Source of the DNA: Ramazzottius varieornatus | Taxonomy: Eukaryota; Animalia; Tardigrada | Length of the DNA: 64,000 nt | Assembly (NCBI GenBank): GCA_001949185.1 | Contig: BDGG01000011.1 | Coordinates: forward strand, 579,552 to 643,551 | Direction of reading: 5' to 3' | Shown: positions 61,452 to 64,000 of the stretch, piece by piece | Layout: each line of letters starts with the position of its first letter | Numbering within the stretch: position 1 is the first letter of the stretch | Position numbers and translations under genes: made by a program | The notes under the pieces: model-generated | What the model saw: only the letters and a program-made list of their open reading frames with translations | What the model was told of the DNA's origin: nothing | Databases searched by the model: none

Positions 61452-62153
61452 GCCTAGTCTCCAGAGTTTTGATTGATCGCTTATATTGATCACCCAGGAT
61501 TTTTATGAACGGCAGTGGCGAAGTCTTCGACAAATCTTATTCGATTTATATAAGATAAACCAGTCTCGTAAGCTCGTTTGGACGGGTAATAACCGGAGGT
61601 AGAACTGATGACATCGGCAAGACCTTCGAGATCTAACAGTTACCGAGAGTTCGGATTGATGAACATAAAACTCATTAGACATCTTCAGGGACCAGGAAGG
61701 ACAGTAGTACACGCGGCGGGGGTCGATAGTGGGGCCTTAACGTAAATATGAGCCTGTAGCTAGCGCAAAAAGGAGCAGATACGAGTATCAAGCTAGTTCA
61801 GTTGTCAATAAAAACCACCGAGTCCGCCTGGAATTTGGCTGGGCGGCTCGAGCTGCAAAAGATTTTTTTGCTGACTGTGCACTGTACCTAATGTCAGGAA
61901 TTTGGCAGGGAGGTATTATACGGGACCAGTTTTACAGCCTCCTTCCCATCTCTGGTTGATAACGTGATGCAACGTCTTACGCTTTTCATAAGGCTTATCG
62001 AGGTGACAGGTCATAGAAGACGACTTTTATGGACCAGTGAAGGATAAGGTCTCGGCCTTCGGAGAGCTGACGAGATACGACGATGGCGAGGTTTGCCAGA
62101 CTAATCTTGGAATTCTATCCGATATTTGTCGCTCAGCAGCATTTCCCTTCATC

Positions 62154-64000
62154 ATGACGTCTGTCCCAGATTCCGGAAAAAATCGACAGCCTCCTCATAA
62201 TGGGAGGAACGGTCATTCCGCGCAAGGGAAGTCAACAAACGGGCTGAAACCCGGGGAGGGGAAAGTAGTCGGTTCCGACCCACCAGAGTTATCATGGATT
62301 CAGTACCTCAAGCCAAACCGGAAGTTGGTCCTTCTCAAGATATTCATGCTTTTCTACTACGGAGGTAGTGTACAGTAACTACAGTTCACGGCCGGTTGCA
62401 TACCGGTCTGATTACCAGATTTCATTTGTGTCAACCGATGGGTGAACTTCATGGCCGCGTGTCTTTGTTCTTGCAGGGTTCTCCGCCTTGTATCCCTACC
62501 TGGTGAGGAAAACAAAGCAAAAGACAACTATCCTGCTGTTAAATGATTAATCATTCCCCTTTTCGTATGAGTGTAGGTTATCCATATGAGAAGCCTGGGT
62601 ATCACCGTCGCTCAAACAGGTTTCTCAATCTTTTCTGTCCATTATTTCGTACACTATTTATCAGAACAAATAGCGCTATCAAATATGTTCTACTCCTTTC
62701 GGCACATTGCTCAAGTCCTTTGCGTCTCCAGGTTTAATGTACACGATATATCCCCTGTGCGTCTGCATCGGAGGACCGTTAGCCGGTGTTATTGGTGATA
62801 AATCGGGGCGTTACAAGCTGACGCTGATTATCTTCCTGGTAGCTAGCATTTTCCTGCACACCCTTCTGTGTTTCGCCGTGCCAGCCTTCAAGATCCATAC
62901 GGACCGCTTCAACGAGAGCCTCTCCAATGTCGACGTGACTTTCTTCAACGACGGATCTTTGTCCTTCTTCACTCCTCTTTCCCCCAATGCAACTGTCACC
63001 GCTTGTCCCACCGCCAACATTACTTCCGGGCTGTATCTCGATAACTGCCAGTGGAGCTGTCCAGCGGCACAGAATGACAGCTTGATGTGTTTTCACTCAC
63101 CAGACGATAACTGCTCGCCCTGGGAATCTTTCAAAACGGACTTGCTGGGAAGCCTTAACCTGACAAAGGTTGTTAGAAATCGAGCGGAATGGAATCTCAT
63201 TGAGAGTAACGAGCTGCGACTAAGCTGGAATGCCACATCGATGGCAGACTGTGTGTTCAGTTGTAGCGGACGAACGGAGGGCAATCTGCAGCTACCTTGC
63301 TCGACGCAAAGGACCGAAGGCCATCAGTTGACAACCTTTGGTATCTACTTGGCAATCCGTCTAGCATGTGGCACCGCTATCAACTTGGCCTTCACCTTGA
63401 TTGATGCCTCCTTAATTCAAATGGTTGGAAGCTGAACATTTCATTTGAAACTGGACAGAAGAAAATTGATAGAGCGGCCACTTTCGTTTTGCAGGTTGAA
63501 GATTACAATGGAGACATCGGAATCAACCGTGCTTTTGCCTACGTGGGTTTCTGCATTGTGCCTCCACTGTCCGGTCTGCTGATTGATTACGCTAGCCAGC
63601 TCACGCCGGGTTTCGTCGACTATCGACCGGCCTTCTACATCTTTGCTGTCAGTATATCCATCTCCGTTCTCATCCTTTGCTTCATGGAACTGAAAGTCCG
63701 TCCTCCCGCTCAGAACGTCATGCGTAACGCCGCCAAGCTTCTGCGCTACCCGCGCGTTCTGGCCTTTGTCGCCATATTCTCTATCATTGGGGTAGCCTGG
63801 GGATTTCTCGAAACGTTAGTACTGTCACTATCGTTACTTTTTCGTACTGGTCAGGTATACGTAATTGGGAGCTCGGCAAACAAGCTGGGCCAGATCGCTT
63901 CCCAAGTGGCGCACTATTCCGCTACTAAGGGCTGCAGGTGTGCGCCACTTTGGCAGGCGTTCTGATCGAGTTTCTGATCAAGAACCACCATCACAAGTCC
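62154..64000 (+). CDS. MFSD6-like major facilitator superfamily protein (3' end beyond the window)
   Basis: NRKLVLLKIFMLFYYG / FSALYPYL / VIHMRSLGIT / PLAGVIGDKSGRYK, a Cys-rich loop, GDIGINRAF and GVAWGFLET; includes ~26 and ~43 bp micro-exons. Confidence 0.85.
63867..63975. repeat. Palindromic 27-nt-spacer element in an MFSD6-like intron
   Basis: TGGGAGCTCGGCAAACA...CCCAAGTGGCGCA (core 63904-63913), 27 nt, TGCGCCACTT 63941-63950. Confidence 0.8.

Overview
Eukaryotic (animal) genomic DNA with mostly short (~60-80 bp) GT-AG introns and one 50-N scaffold gap (30968-31017). The gene content suggests a compact ecdysozoan, probably tardigrade, genome; this is inference only. Intact genes reconstructed by hand: a secreted Tyr-rich chitin-binding protein, ASCC2, a MARVEL-like 4-TM protein, myo-inositol-1-phosphate synthase, two intronless class A GPCRs, a soluble plant-type UDP-glycosyltransferase, a vasopressin/GnRH/CCAP-superfamily receptor, an AGPAT and the 5' part of an MFSD6-like transporter. 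Decayed material: a VWA5A-like pseudogene, DIRS/Ngaro-type, CRE-like and Ty3/gypsy retroelement fragments, nested pogo-like transposases, several MITE families and a ~520 bp inverted duplication. The most unusual signal is a dispersed palindromic element at about 12 loci, 7 of them in introns. Its inverted 10-bp cores (AAGTGGCGCA...TGCGCCACTT) are separated by a spacer that is exactly 27 nt in 11 of 14 measurable units although the spacer sequence is strongly diverged, and the unit often occurs as tandem pairs. All family assignments come from motif recognition by eye; no searches were run.
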